Positions 21,201-31,638 are shown, numbered from the whole stretch's first letter. The stretch: DNA of 60,510 nucleotides, filler included, from Stramenopiles sp. TOSAG23-2 (GCA_900128395.1; 4 parts of 4 records of this genome joined end to end with filler, not necessarily neighbours in it), one strand, 5' to 3'. Numbers and translations are program-made. The notes: generated by a model not told the origin, from the sequence alone.

Positions 21201-23300
21201 CGAGAAGCCAGATCCACAAAAACCCTTGCAGCTGCTTACTATGGTATGGGGAGAGCTTTTGAATCGCAAATGCAACATCGTACTGCATTGCGTTATATAG
21301 ATCGTTCATTACGTTTGTATTCCATGATGCAGGACAATATGAGTGAAGGCCGTTGTTACCGTTTAAAAGCAGATGTCTTCAAGGCGTTAAATGATCTAGA
21401 CGGTATTCGATTAAATACGCAAATGGCGGATCGTATTGAGTTTAGAGGTAAACAGGATCGTGATCGTTTAAATCATGAATTAAGCGAATTACAGAAGAAG
21501 CTATCTAGTGCAACTGCAGACAGCACAGATCCATTTTACGTCGAAGTTTGTACACCATGTGTCCCACGAATAAGAAGACAGATCAAAGAGAAAATACAAA
21601 AAATTAAGGAGATAGAGGATGAAGCGATAAAAATTGATAAAGACAGAGTAAATGCGGAAAAATTTCTGCAACATATGCGTGATCAGTTAAAAGATGCAAA
21701 AAATAGTGAGTCGACATTTATGGATTCCGATTCTGTACATGGTGCATTTCAACGATTTAACGTTCGTGAGTTGAGAACCTCTTTAGCTGATTATATTAAG
21801 ACGTTTGAAGGGAAAATTGAGGAGTTTAAAAAGGAAAGACATAGGTTTGATATTCGTAAATCAAATCAACAGGATGATTTAAATGAATTATATTTAGAAT
21901 TTGATACAGAAAATGGTGAAATAATGAAAAATGCAATGGATAAGGAGTTGATGAGGGCATGTTGTCTAAACCCAGTAAATGCACGTGGGCATGATGTGTT
22001 AGGTGGTGTTACCGGTGGGATTGAACAGTTTGCATTTGCTGCTGGAAAACGAATACATTTACATGATATGGAAGGAACATGTGAACGCATTATAGAAGGC
22101 GATGAGTTTGGTACACATATAGGAGAGCCTACAGGGCATGTGAAAATGATAAGCTCTTTGTGCTTCTATGGAAATCGTATTTATAGTGGATCGATGGATA
22201 ATGTAATATTTGTTTGGGAACTCGGAAAACTAGAATATGTAAAAAGAATCACAGGTCATAAAGCAACTGTTTGGGCTATAGATGCAGACGCAGTGAAAAT
22301 TGTATCTGGAAGCGCTGATAATGAGGTGCGAGTATGGAACGCAGTTACGTTTGAACTTGCTGCTGTGTTGACTGGGCACAAACGAGCACCTAAATGTATT
22401 CATGTTGGTCCAAAACGATTTGTTACGGGAGGAAACGATTACGAAGTCCGTGTTTGGAAAGTTCTTGGTCATAAAGATGATCCTTTTCGACATATTTCTT
22501 GTGAAAGGCGTATGTTGGGCCATGGAGCCCCCGTAACTGCAATAAAATTAGCTGTTTCTGAAATTGTTAGTGGAGCTGCAAATGGTACATTGATGGTCTG
22601 GTCAATTAAACATGGACGATCATTATGGAAAACTCAAGCACATGAATCTTCTATATTGTGTTTGCAGTTCGATGCTGTTAAAATAATAACTGGTGGTCGA
22701 GATATGGCTATTATGACATTTGATATTTCCTCTGGAAAATGTTTACAAACATTGAGGGGTCATGCAGCTCCGATCGTTGCTCTTGACTTTGATAAGCGAA
22801 TCATAATGTCTGTTTCAAACGACGGCATGGTGCGTCGTTGGCCATTTCGTGTCCACGGGCAATCGCAGCATGAGGAAAAGTTGCATATCATCGCTCCAAA
22901 TGAGCATATATCAAAAATTGCAATATTATATGGAACAACTGTTGCTAAATTAAAGGAATGGAATAATATTAGGGATCTATACAAACTGTATATTGGACAA
23001 CGTTTAATTGTACAAAAAAAGCGGAAGCATAAAGTAAGAATGACATGTAGTCCGGGAAAGGCTGAAAAAGAAGCTGAGAAATTGAGAGCTAGTCGAAGAT
23101 ATGTGCCTATTGAAGATCGATTTAAGGCAACGGAGCTATCTGAAAAAGCTGCATACGCAGTTGGAATCGCTGGAAGGGATGCGGTAGATGCATTAGGTGA
23201 TATAAAATCACGGTTTAAAACAGGCAGTAAAGTTCAAGAGAGAATGGATGAATTGGCTACAATCACAGCAGCTGCAACTGGGACTACTGTGTCTATGTAG
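18222..23300 (+). CDS. Large multidomain protein: C2HC zinc finger, 2x FN3, coiled coils, TPRs, WD40 repeats, LysM
   Basis: CKYC...HQKIC; PPQPPLNVRV..ITFSWVPPIFDGGAAIEGYEI and IELVWEAP (FN3); YNIGGSYAKTGDFEKAI and AYYGMGRAF (TPR); GHKATVWAI..IVSGSADNEVRVWN (WD40); HIIAPNEHISKIAILYGTTVAKLKEWNNI..LYIGQRLIV (LysM). Confidence 0.88.
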   Translation: MEEVNPEDVSDVHWRIKEIRKRVEQHKQQERSDALVAAAKKAILGKKKQLAIVKKYKERVRKNENATKRSINKFSKRMEKFLDGADRQWLLDRDLRSMEVSYKGSGERLRNSRFLLDLAARRITDIKDKIGKPIRANLTTLEKVEKELKDDRVSYVPVGVRLEEQRKALAGKAMEDGNVDDEENVEDVVVKHSTKCKYCNKIILLKTMPAHQKICQFRSQERVVLYAENATETTAEEMDTALPPQPPLNVRVVGTTCETITFSWVPPIFDGGAAIEGYEIRWQLCHKKKVGKKMLREYEVLPPIWTSTWCLKDPIMHRGYTIRNLEADLEFANITVHSKSRVGYSPPSNVIESVETNLPLAPTKPLFLQVKEITSSTIELVWEAPLFSGGSGGIENFHYEIHYTYQKQTELSKKKEPGMVDVREKVMLESPETRYVIENLRGLDVVKVIVVYAYNKFKIRSPPSHEIMSVQTKPPKSSQVFKQELERVKNVKGRFIESNLHQGFMQRFEKQNFIKILEGKLKIAEQEEDEEAARQRARDEKLRKAIADIEGPSLAELEAAHKEKYGGDSEEEKEETKDSKEGRSKEDNENINNDEEGDDDVYGFLTQKKKKKMDGRSKLRAQRELAKARMERMQKVRERHFHVRIKQLKKLVQVQMDKRSDIIAERAEIFYNIKLWAKRVNEVQPELDRASLFRGKYMDCSVMHYKPQRFLTTGLVSVLVGELSARLKDIADGKEDMIRLEKEAVEVLIKQEKLEDKLKDREAAFLAFKKEAARQRAAQKHMQEWSNTGLKNFYYRWIEYVEKRRDDRLIVGKFIQRILNSELHGAFQHWIDVNNQLQKVLDESKAVVGGVGTQSLKKVTEFRHQLENETALILDKVSKSQTGLDDAKMTAAQRRAAEEGKEFFKKYKSENDDEVVNSLTSLELADYNIGGSYAKTGDFEKAIYHFTRFSDEMKAKGNILMMAKAWSAMGEVYTDMQVPEKAQVTFDRAIQLSREARSTKTLAAAYYGMGRAFESQMQHRTALRYIDRSLRLYSMMQDNMSEGRCYRLKADVFKALNDLDGIRLNTQMADRIEFRGKQDRDRLNHELSELQKKLSSATADSTDPFYVEVCTPCVPRIRRQIKEKIQKIKEIEDEAIKIDKDRVNAEKFLQHMRDQLKDAKNSESTFMDSDSVHGAFQRFNVRELRTSLADYIKTFEGKIEEFKKERHRFDIRKSNQQDDLNELYLEFDTENGEIMKNAMDKELMRACCLNPVNARGHDVLGGVTGGIEQFAFAAGKRIHLHDMEGTCERIIEGDEFGTHIGEPTGHVKMISSLCFYGNRIYSGSMDNVIFVWELGKLEYVKRITGHKATVWAIDADAVKIVSGSADNEVRVWNAVTFELAAVLTGHKRAPKCIHVGPKRFVTGGNDYEVRVWKVLGHKDDPFRHISCERRMLGHGAPVTAIKLAVSEIVSGAANGTLMVWSIKHGRSLWKTQAHESSILCLQFDAVKIITGGRDMAIMTFDISSGKCLQTLRGHAAPIVALDFDKRIIMSVSNDGMVRRWPFRVHGQSQHEEKLHIIAPNEHISKIAILYGTTVAKLKEWNNIRDLYKLYIGQRLIVQKKRKHKVRMTCSPGKAEKEAEKLRASRRYVPIEDRFKATELSEKAAYAVGIAGRDAVDALGDIKSRFKTGSKVQERMDELATITAAATGTTVSM

Positions 23301-23569
23301 CATATTTATTTTTTGTAATATTACAAACTGGTTCGTATTTTTCATGCCTCGACCGCGTATTAAATTTTTTGGACTAATTTTAATAACATGTGTACTTCGT
23401 ACGTTTGTATATATATATATATATAAAAATTTTCTCTTGTTTGTATATATATATATATCATTAAATATAGTGCGTTGAAAATTCTTTATATTTTATCTTT
23501 CCCATAATTCGTACGACCGCAGTTTTTATTTTTTCAACCCCGTACATCACGCAACCACACTCTTTTTTT

Positions 23570-24342
23570 TTATAACTGTTCCGGGTTCAACAAAGTTAAT
23601 CGTTCAATTACTTCATCAACTTCTTTTGCACTATAATCTCTCTGAAGCAGCGCTTCTTTGATTTTATTTCTTGATTCTTCATCTTCTGGCAATATCATCA
23701 TCAATTTTTAACATTTGCATTGATTTTCTTAACTTTCCACTTGCCTCGGCAAGTCCACCTGGTTTCACATCTTTGATCATTATGCCACCTTTCTTCATTT
23801 GTGCCAATTCAAGTCCTAATGGGCCATCTTCAAATGTTGTAACAATTGTTTTCACTGCTTTGCGAACTTCTGTTCGTGTGTGTACGTGGCTTATGGAATA
23901 AAATTCAACTGTCATTGGTCTGGGTGCAGTTTTCAATAGTTGTAGCACGTCCTTAAATTTACTTTTTAAACATTGCCTACCACTAATCGATGCGATCACC
24001 ATACTTTTACGTAAACCTGGTGTTTGATCCGCAGGACCACCTGGGGTAACGGCTTTTATCATAGCTCCACCTTCTCTTCGCTCAATTAATTCTAAACCAA
24101 TTGGACCGTTGCCAAATGTAACTTTAATTTGTTTTGGTGCATCTACCACTTTTTTTATTTGAACGTGATGAAGAAATGGAATTGTTTGAACGTGCCGATG
24201 TAAGTATAATCACATCGTCATTATTTGTTTGTTTTCGTATTTCTAATTCATCACCATTGTTATTTGTATTATCATTTTGTGGTAATCCGATTCTTGTATC
24301 ATTGGATGGTGGTGGTATTTTTTTACTTGCTTTTTTCATCAT
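23570..24342 (-). pseudogene. PDZ-domain gene broken into three frames (pseudogene or assembly error)
   Basis: PDZ1 (VTFGNGPIGLEL..IKAVTPGGPAD..RPMTVEF) is complete; PDZ2 (FEDGPLGLEL..) is truncated. The N-terminal ORF 24342-24124 joins PDZ1 if one base of the T7 run at 24150-24156 is removed. An out-of-frame tail ILPEDEESRNKIKEALLQRDYSAKEVDEVIERLTLLNPEQL* ends at 23570. Confidence 0.65.
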
Positions 24343-25172
24343 ATGGTTTTGTAAATGTACGTGTAGATATATAGATATATATATATCTGCAATACCAGTA
24401 TTGGTTCTATAAGATCACAGTATTTTTCTTGGCCAATTTATCAAGTCACGTGTCAATATCTATTTCTTTGTACTATGTGTAATATCCACATTATAGTTTT
24501 ATGTTTTTTATGTATGACATATAGAATATATGCACATCATATTTTTTTGGAGCAAATTTTTAACGATAATTTTAATTTTTTAAGCAACAAATGCCAAAAA
24601 AATGATCTTCACTCCTCGTAAATCAAGTTCAGGTCTACGTACTTGACCCCTATATTTTGTATACTAAACGCCTACTTTCCCCTATTAATAGTTACAGCCT
24701 ATAATCAGGATCTTGAGGCATTATATAACTTGACCGAACGCACGAATGCGAACCCATCAGCCCATCAGCACATCAGCACCTGATATTTATGAGCAGTTTA
24801 AGTATACAATTGTATTATACTTAAATGTGTCTCTATCAACGTGTACATCAAAAACGAGACGTTGAGATAAATTTCAGTTAATAATTTTGAAACATATATT
24901 AGCAGGTAAATACCAGGTAGTATCGGGGGTGGGTTTGGAAAATTCTTGTTGTTGTTGTTGTTGCGAAAAAACATATACTGAAGTACATACATACAAATGT
25001 TGCTGCTGTCGTCTGTATGTACACAAGATAATATACTTTTTCAATATTTACATTCTTTTCAGTGATTTATCTTAATAAATTAATATTTACAGTTCTTTGT
25101 TTTGGATAATAGTATAGAAGAAAAAGAAGAAAAGAAAAATAATAATAAAACATTTTTGTGCAAGAATTAATA

Positions 25173-27101
25173 ATGATGGAAATGGCATCCCAACAACAAC
25201 AACAACAACCAAAAAAAGCGTTATGGGCTACAGCAATTGATCATAAAGGTAGAACATATTATTATAACCGTGTTACACGCGAATCGCGTTGGAGTTTACC
25301 AGAGGAATATGAAAAACAACAAGAGAAAAATAACATCAATGATATTGTTGGTCATCATCAGTTTGGAGCTGCAAAGAGAAATAAGGAAAAATCAATATAT
25401 GAAGAAGCATTATTTACAACAAATTCGTTTGAAACGAAAAGTAATAATAATAATAAAGTTGTTCGAGAAAGTTATAGTACTAACGAAGATGATGAGGAAG
25501 ATTATTATCAAGATAAATTTGAAGATGAATCATCTGATTTAATAGTAAATGAAACAAAATTTGATAGGAGCAACGATAATAAAAATATTATTAATGATGG
25601 CGATGATGATAGAGGTGAAGCAAAAACAGTTGAAACCGTTAAACCTAAATTAAACTTATTGAAAAAAAAAGTGAAAAAAATTGCAACACCAAGAATACAT
25701 CGAGGTAGTAATAATAACGATATTGCTATTGCAAATGAACAACAAACTAGTTTAAGAGATCGAACAAATCATCAAAACAAAAAGAAAAATAGTAAAAAAA
25801 TTGTAAAACAACATAAAGATAAAGTTGTAAAGAAACCGTCATCAAATATTAGTAGAAAGAAACAACCAAAATGGAAGCAACAATCAAACAGTTTAAGAAT
25901 GGCTATGATGGCAGCAAAAGGTAAAATGTGTCTACCTGCTGGTGATGGAATGATGCAAGTAAGTGATGGTTTAGTACCATGCCCACATTGTAACCGACGT
26001 TTCAATCAAAAAGCAGCAGAAAGGCATATTCCAAAATGCAATGATATTAAAGCAAAACCAAGAACATTACGACGTGGAGCAGGAACAGGTGCAGGTGCAG
26101 GTGCATTTAAAAATCCATTGTCTATTACTAAGGAACAAAGTAGTAGTAGTAGTAATAGTGAGATGTCATCGATGGAATTTACTACTACTGGATCATCATC
26201 AGCATCAGCAACAACAACAACAACTACTACTACGAATAGTAATAGTAACCATTCCAACAATGTTGAAAATCGTAGACCAGCTACAACTGTACACGCTAAA
26301 CGTGAAAAACAAGTTAAAAAAATGCAGCAACGACCAAAATCTACAAAAGCATCATCATCTATATCAAATCGTAAATCAGTTAGTGATCCAACACGTGGTG
26401 GGATCAATCAACAGAAAATGGAATGTCCTCATTGTAACCGCATATTTAGTCGACGTGCTGGTTTGAGACATATTGAAAAATGCAAAGAAATACAAGCAAA
26501 ACCAGCACCTATCCGTAGAACAAAAACTATACATTTTAAACAAGCTAAAGGATCGATGAAACGTGATATTAGTGCTGTGGCACCAAGGGTTGATACCAAT
26601 AATTACGTTTCAAATGCTGCTAGTAATACTAAGAAACCATATACAGCACCGGTGGTGATGAACCACTCATCACGACGACGAAATCAGGCCTGGGAAGAAG
26701 AAGTTGTAATGCCACAACATGCTCCGGTTTTTCGTCAACAAAATAAGATCCCTTCTGATGATAGAATAAACATCAACGCAGCCGAAGGAAGATATGGTTT
26801 TACACAAGAATGGTTTGAAGATGGTCATCCAGATGCAGTAGCTGCAAGATTTGATTTGATCAATAATAATAGTAATAGTAATAGTAACCATCGTCAAAGA
26901 TCATATGAAGAACCAACTGGTAGATCAAGATATAATAATACACAGAATCATAATAAAAATAGTCGTAGAAGACCTGCTTCAGCTCATCATGCTAATAATA
27001 ATAATAAACAAAGTTTAGGCAATACAATGGAAATAAATCGTTTAGAGGAAGAATTAGCAGAATTAGATCATTTATTATATGAAAAACGTAGTAGAAGGTA
27101 G
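25173..27101 (+). CDS. WW domain + 2x C2HC zinc finger protein (ZC2HC1-like)
   Basis: WATAIDHKGRTYYYNRVTRESRWSLP (WW); CPHCNRRFNQKAAERHIPKC and CPHCNRIFSRRAGLRHIEKC; first ATG at 25173. Confidence 0.85.
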   Translation: MMEMASQQQQQQPKKALWATAIDHKGRTYYYNRVTRESRWSLPEEYEKQQEKNNINDIVGHHQFGAAKRNKEKSIYEEALFTTNSFETKSNNNNKVVRESYSTNEDDEEDYYQDKFEDESSDLIVNETKFDRSNDNKNIINDGDDDRGEAKTVETVKPKLNLLKKKVKKIATPRIHRGSNNNDIAIANEQQTSLRDRTNHQNKKKNSKKIVKQHKDKVVKKPSSNISRKKQPKWKQQSNSLRMAMMAAKGKMCLPAGDGMMQVSDGLVPCPHCNRRFNQKAAERHIPKCNDIKAKPRTLRRGAGTGAGAGAFKNPLSITKEQSSSSSNSEMSSMEFTTTGSSSASATTTTTTTTNSNSNHSNNVENRRPATTVHAKREKQVKKMQQRPKSTKASSSISNRKSVSDPTRGGINQQKMECPHCNRIFSRRAGLRHIEKCKEIQAKPAPIRRTKTIHFKQAKGSMKRDISAVAPRVDTNNYVSNAASNTKKPYTAPVVMNHSSRRRNQAWEEEVVMPQHAPVFRQQNKIPSDDRININAAEGRYGFTQEWFEDGHPDAVAARFDLINNNSNSNSNHRQRSYEEPTGRSRYNNTQNHNKNSRRRPASAHHANNNNKQSLGNTMEINRLEEELAELDHLLYEKRSRR

Positions 27102-27528
27102 TATTTGTGTACTATATTTATTCTAATATCATAAGAGATTTTTACTTTTGACATATATATGCATAAAATTATTATTTTTTACGTACATCATATATATTTA
27201 ATTTACGCATAATTTATTGTTTTAATTTACTCATGTATTTAAAATTAATTATTTATATTATATATATATATGAGTAAGAGAACATTTTTATACTCGTATA
27301 AGACAGCTAAAAGAAATTAAAAAATACATTTTGAAAATACAATAGCACAATATGATAGTATTAATATCGCATTAAAATAATTTTCTTTTATATAACACCC
27401 TCTCTCCTCAATTGTTTCGTTCTACCATCACTTATTTGGGCGTGAGAGTATTTTTAATCTCATTACACACACACACACACGCACACCATGTTATACATAG
27501 TTTTGTTCTTTTTTCTGTTTCTTTTTTA

Positions 27529-28395
27529 TTAATAATCATCTGAATCATCACCTGAATTATCATTATTACCGTCCAATAACATTCCACCTTTAACATGACG
27601 TGTAAAACTTTTTGTTTTATTTGGGCTATGTGGTGATCGCTTATTTCTTCCTCCACTACGATCGACATAATTTCGATTTAAATTTGTTCGTAATGTTGGT
27701 GATCCTTTTTTTGTTATTGGATTTTCCAATAATTCCGTTTCCAATACATTTAATAAACTTAGACGCCATTCTAAATGATCTGGTGTCATACGAATACCAC
27801 CAAACGAACTTAATCCAACTGTTTGATGTTGCATTTCTCCTTTATTATACATAATTAAACATGGTAAATTTCTATCTGGAAAATTTTCAACACATTCAGT
27901 CGATACAATGCGTAGGAAAGATACGTTTGGAAATTTGTTTGATAATGCATTTAAACAATTATTCAATACGGTGCATTCATCGTGTGGATCTTTAAACAAG
28001 TGCAATACGACCCAATTATTTTGACTTGCATCTGTTACTTCACGTACAAAATCAGATTTTTTTATATGTTTTACACCATTGCCAAATTTAGCATTTTTTT
28101 TCTGTTGTTGCAATGCTTCGATCCTTTTTTTGCGATATTCTTCTAGAATACGATCATCTGAATACTCTTCGCTTTCATTTGCTAATTTATCTATTTGTTT
28201 TAAATTTTTATTTTCCAATGGATCAAATTCTTCAACTGCTTCTTCCACTAATTTTTGTAATTCTTTTTCTTCACGTAATAATCTATTCTCCTCTTTTTCC
28301 TCAATAATACCTTTTTTAATTAATATATCTTCCCATTCTGTTGTTTCCCCTTTTTCTTTTTTATATGTTGTATTTGATACAGAAAAGCCAGACAT
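27529..28395 (-). CDS. PDCL3: Phosducin-like protein (PhLP2/PDCL3/VIAF family)
   Basis: ETTEWEDILIKKGII, LEEYRKKRIEAL, FVREVTDAS..WVVLHLF, CVENFPDRNLP. Confidence 0.88.
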   Translation of the reverse strand: MSGFSVSNTTYKKEKGETTEWEDILIKKGIIEEKEENRLLREEKELQKLVEEAVEEFDPLENKNLKQIDKLANESEEYSDDRILEEYRKKRIEALQQQKKNAKFGNGVKHIKKSDFVREVTDASQNNWVVLHLFKDPHDECTVLNNCLNALSNKFPNVSFLRIVSTECVENFPDRNLPCLIMYNKGEMQHQTVGLSSFGGIRMTPDHLEWRLSLLNVLETELLENPITKKGSPTLRTNLNRNYVDRSGGRNKRSPHSPNKTKSFTRHVKGGMLLDGNNDNSGDDSDDY

Positions 28396-28983
28396 TTATA
28401 TGTTTTTTCAACAGAAATATGCTGTTTGATGTGGTTTACGTTGATATCTATGTATTGATTTTTGTAAATATCATGTATATGTTCAAAAAAGTTTTTTTGT
28501 TCTATCAAACTATATATTATTATATATTACAGTAATTATAGATACAGTCAAAATAAAAAGAATGGACGGGATGAAAATGAAGAAGGGGTTCTTGGTTAGA
28601 AAATATACAGAGAGAGTAGAAGAGTAGAGAGCTTTTAGATAATATTAAAATAACTGATGTCATACTAGACTAGACTATATATTATATATTTAATGGGCGG
28701 TTGTAATTTCTTATCCTAATTAATAAGAAGGACATAATTAAAATGCAAATCTTTTTACTAAATGGGGTGCATTATAAGTTTTCTAAATACATGTGTCTGC
28801 ACTCTAATACTCTATCTTTCTCTTTCTGAACGATGTGTTGAACGTCTGAGAAACTAGGCCATACATTGATACTTTTACATGTGACAATCTCCTCTATTCT
28901 CTAAGATACCCATTGTTTTTTGTCGCTATATATTTATATATATGTATACATATAAATATTTTACAAATCATCATGTCTACGTT

Positions 28984-29658
28984 TTATTCACTTTCATCTT
29001 CGTCTTCTTCTTCTTTTAATTTATATTCATAAATATTATATTCTGTATCTAAATTATTAATTGTAGCAATTTCATTTTTTTCATCCCATGGTATTTTATA
29101 AACAAAACTATATAAACGAAAATGATGTTTTATAAAATTTGTTAAAAGAAAAGAATTTAATTGATTAATTGCAGATGGAATCAAATATAAGATAACAATT
29201 GATACATTTGTAAAATCAATGTTTCTTACATCATCACATATCCATTTAATATTATTCAAAGGATTATTTGTACCTTCATATATTTTCGTTTGTTTCATTG
29301 AATATTGATATAATTTTGGATCAATTTCAATACCAATACCATTACATTTTGTTTGTTTTACAATATCTATTATGACACGTCCATCACCACTACCTAAATC
29401 TAATACAATATCATTCTCTTTTATTGATACTTTTTCTAGAAAGCGGATAATGCGACCGGTACTCGTCGGCACAAAAGGACATATAAATTCTTTTGGTAAT
29501 TCTTCTGGTTGTGTTGCAATTGCTTTATTACTATTATTATCATCTTGTTTTTCATTATCAATTTCAACGAAATTACCATCTTCATCTTCTTCCACCATGG
29601 TAATGAAACCACCTGTTGTTAAATATTCATCTACTAATATCCCATCTTCTTCGTTCAT
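28984..29658 (-). CDS. Class I SAM-dependent methyltransferase (FAM173/ATPSCKMT-like)
   Basis: PFVPTS, VLDLGSGDGRVII, GIGIEID, IVILYL; likely start MNEEDG at 29658. Confidence 0.8.
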   Translation of the reverse strand: MNEEDGILVDEYLTTGGFITMVEEDEDGNFVEIDNEKQDDNNSNKAIATQPEELPKEFICPFVPTSTGRIIRFLEKVSIKENDIVLDLGSGDGRVIIDIVKQTKCNGIGIEIDPKLYQYSMKQTKIYEGTNNPLNNIKWICDDVRNIDFTNVSIVILYLIPSAINQLNSFLLTNFIKHHFRLYSFVYKIPWDEKNEIATINNLDTEYNIYEYKLKEEEDEDESE

Positions 29659-30243
29659 GCTATTGGTATATGGTATAACGTATATATATATACATATATT
29701 TACATGCACACACGCACACGCGGACTAATATATTAGGAATGTATTATCATGATGAGAAGGTGGCGCTCTGAGCGTTTCCACAATCATCTATCATGTGTTT
29801 TTTGTTTTTCTTTTGTTAGATTTGCACATTTGTTAAATTTTCTGGCATTATACTGAAGGAATCAGTATCAGGACTATTGATAGGTAAAAACATAGAATTA
29901 TATTATTCTAACACATATAATGTAACAAGTACAATTTGCCTATCACCACTACAAAAACAACAAAAAACCTAGTTTGTATACTAAAAGTACAAATTGATAG
30001 GGTAAAATAATATTGCCGGCGAATAAAAAATGTTTTTAGTGCTCTGTCAATGCTAATTCTACCATCGACACAGCGCCAATACAAAAACACTTGATAGGGA
30101 AAATTATCATTACTATATCAAATAACAAAAAATCTACATACTTAAATTTTAAGTACTCTAACAAAATTATGTAAATTAGACTACCAAATTTATACTACAT
30201 TTCTATAACACCTCAAACACGAATATTTTTGCCAATTTTATTT

Positions 30244-30343
30244 NNNNNNNNNNNNNNNNNNNNNNNNNNNNNNNNNNNNNNNNNNNNTTAATTAATTAAN
30301 NNNNNNNNNNNNNNNNNNNNNNNNNNNNNNNNNNNNNNNNNNN
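30244..30343. other. Artificial contig-joining linker
   Basis: N44-TTAATTAATTAA-N44. Confidence 0.99.
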
Positions 30344-30583
30344 ATAAATAATATCATATGTTTATACGTACCAGTATAATAAATAAGTATTTAAAAATCA
30401 TTTTTGATTTGAGATGTTAATGAACGGGAGTAAAAGAAATTTATATAATATATGAGTAAGAGAACATTTTATATATATGATATATTTCTTAATATAATAT
30501 AACAATATTATATATAATTATTATATTACGAAGTATGATATATATGGTTAAAATCTAAAGTTATATTTAATTTTACTTCTCCC

Positions 30584-31027
30584 ATGGTAAAAAACACTAT
30601 ATATTTTTATATATGTGTTCTCAGCGCAGCTCCTTCAATAATGATGGATGACACGGATGACAGTGATGATAGTGAGTCACCATCAATTGAGATATATCCT
30701 ATGAATACTCGGGATTTCAGGGATGAAATGGGTGGTGCTACAAGACGCATGCAATTAACGAAGGACTATGTAACAGCCAATGCAACTTTTCAAGCAGGAA
30801 GTATAGGGACGGTTATTGAGGGAACCACACGTAAGGATAGGAAATTGAAAATTAAGTTGGATAAGGATACCACAGAAAAAAAATACAGATTGATAAAGGG
30901 AACAGATCTACAACTTTATACATTTAAGAATGAAAAAGAAGTGGTTTGTCTAAACGAGAAGAATTGTCAATCTAATTCATCAAATTCGGAAGAGGATTTT
31001 ATCTATAGAATATTAAGCATACTATAA
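30584..31027 (+). CDS. Hypothetical protein or gene fragment embedded in repeat sequence (possible SH3-like barrel)
   Basis: Coding-like core RRMQLTKDY..FQAGSIGTVIEG..LKIKLDKD..YRLIKGTDLQL; both flanks match a dispersed repeat. Confidence 0.35.
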   Translation: MVKNTIYFYICVLSAAPSIMMDDTDDSDDSESPSIEIYPMNTRDFRDEMGGATRRMQLTKDYVTANATFQAGSIGTVIEGTTRKDRKLKIKLDKDTTEKKYRLIKGTDLQLYTFKNEKEVVCLNEKNCQSNSSNSEEDFIYRILSIL

Positions 31028-31135
31028 ATACATATTACACTAGTGACCCTTTAAATCGTTTATGATTTTGGATATAACTTACGGGAGTAAAAAAACTTTA
31101 TATAAATTATGTGTAAGAGAAAATTTTTATATGTG

Positions 31136-31240
31136 TGTTCAATACTCTCTATCTCAGGAATAATATTCAATCCTACTATAGTAAAGCCCAATAATGCACG
31201 TCTGCAAACTAATACAAGCATGAGTAGGGTTCTATCCTTC
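31136..31240 (-). repeat. Dispersed non-coding repeat, copy in contig 3
   Basis: Reverse complement GAAGGATAGAACCCTACTCATGCTTGTATTAGTTTGCAGACGTGCATTATTGGGCTTTACTATAGTAGGATTGAATATTATTC aligns by eye to 47940-48046. Confidence 0.85.
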
Positions 31241-31638
31241 GTCGGGGTCACTCGAAAGCGGCGAGGCTGTCAAAGTGAAAGATCCTGCTGTGGAACAACA
31301 ACCGGTAACTGTCCGGATAAAGATCTTGGAATGGCACAGTTGTGGCAAAAAGCCGCGGATTTGTTCACCTTAAGCTCTTGTAGATCTCTAAAAGTTTCGT
31401 CGACCTATATTGTGCTTTAAGAGCCAGTCCTGCTCCAATATATAGTGCATCTTGAGATAATAAAATATTTCATTTTTTTAAAATATTTTTTTTTTTAAAT
31501 AATTTTAAAATATATTATAATATTTTAATATATTAATTTAATTAATAATAAAAAAATAAAAAATACTGATATATATTTTTAAAAAAACAAAGTGCAGCGC
31601 GCGTACACACCATACTGTACTGTTTCTTTTTTTAAAAA

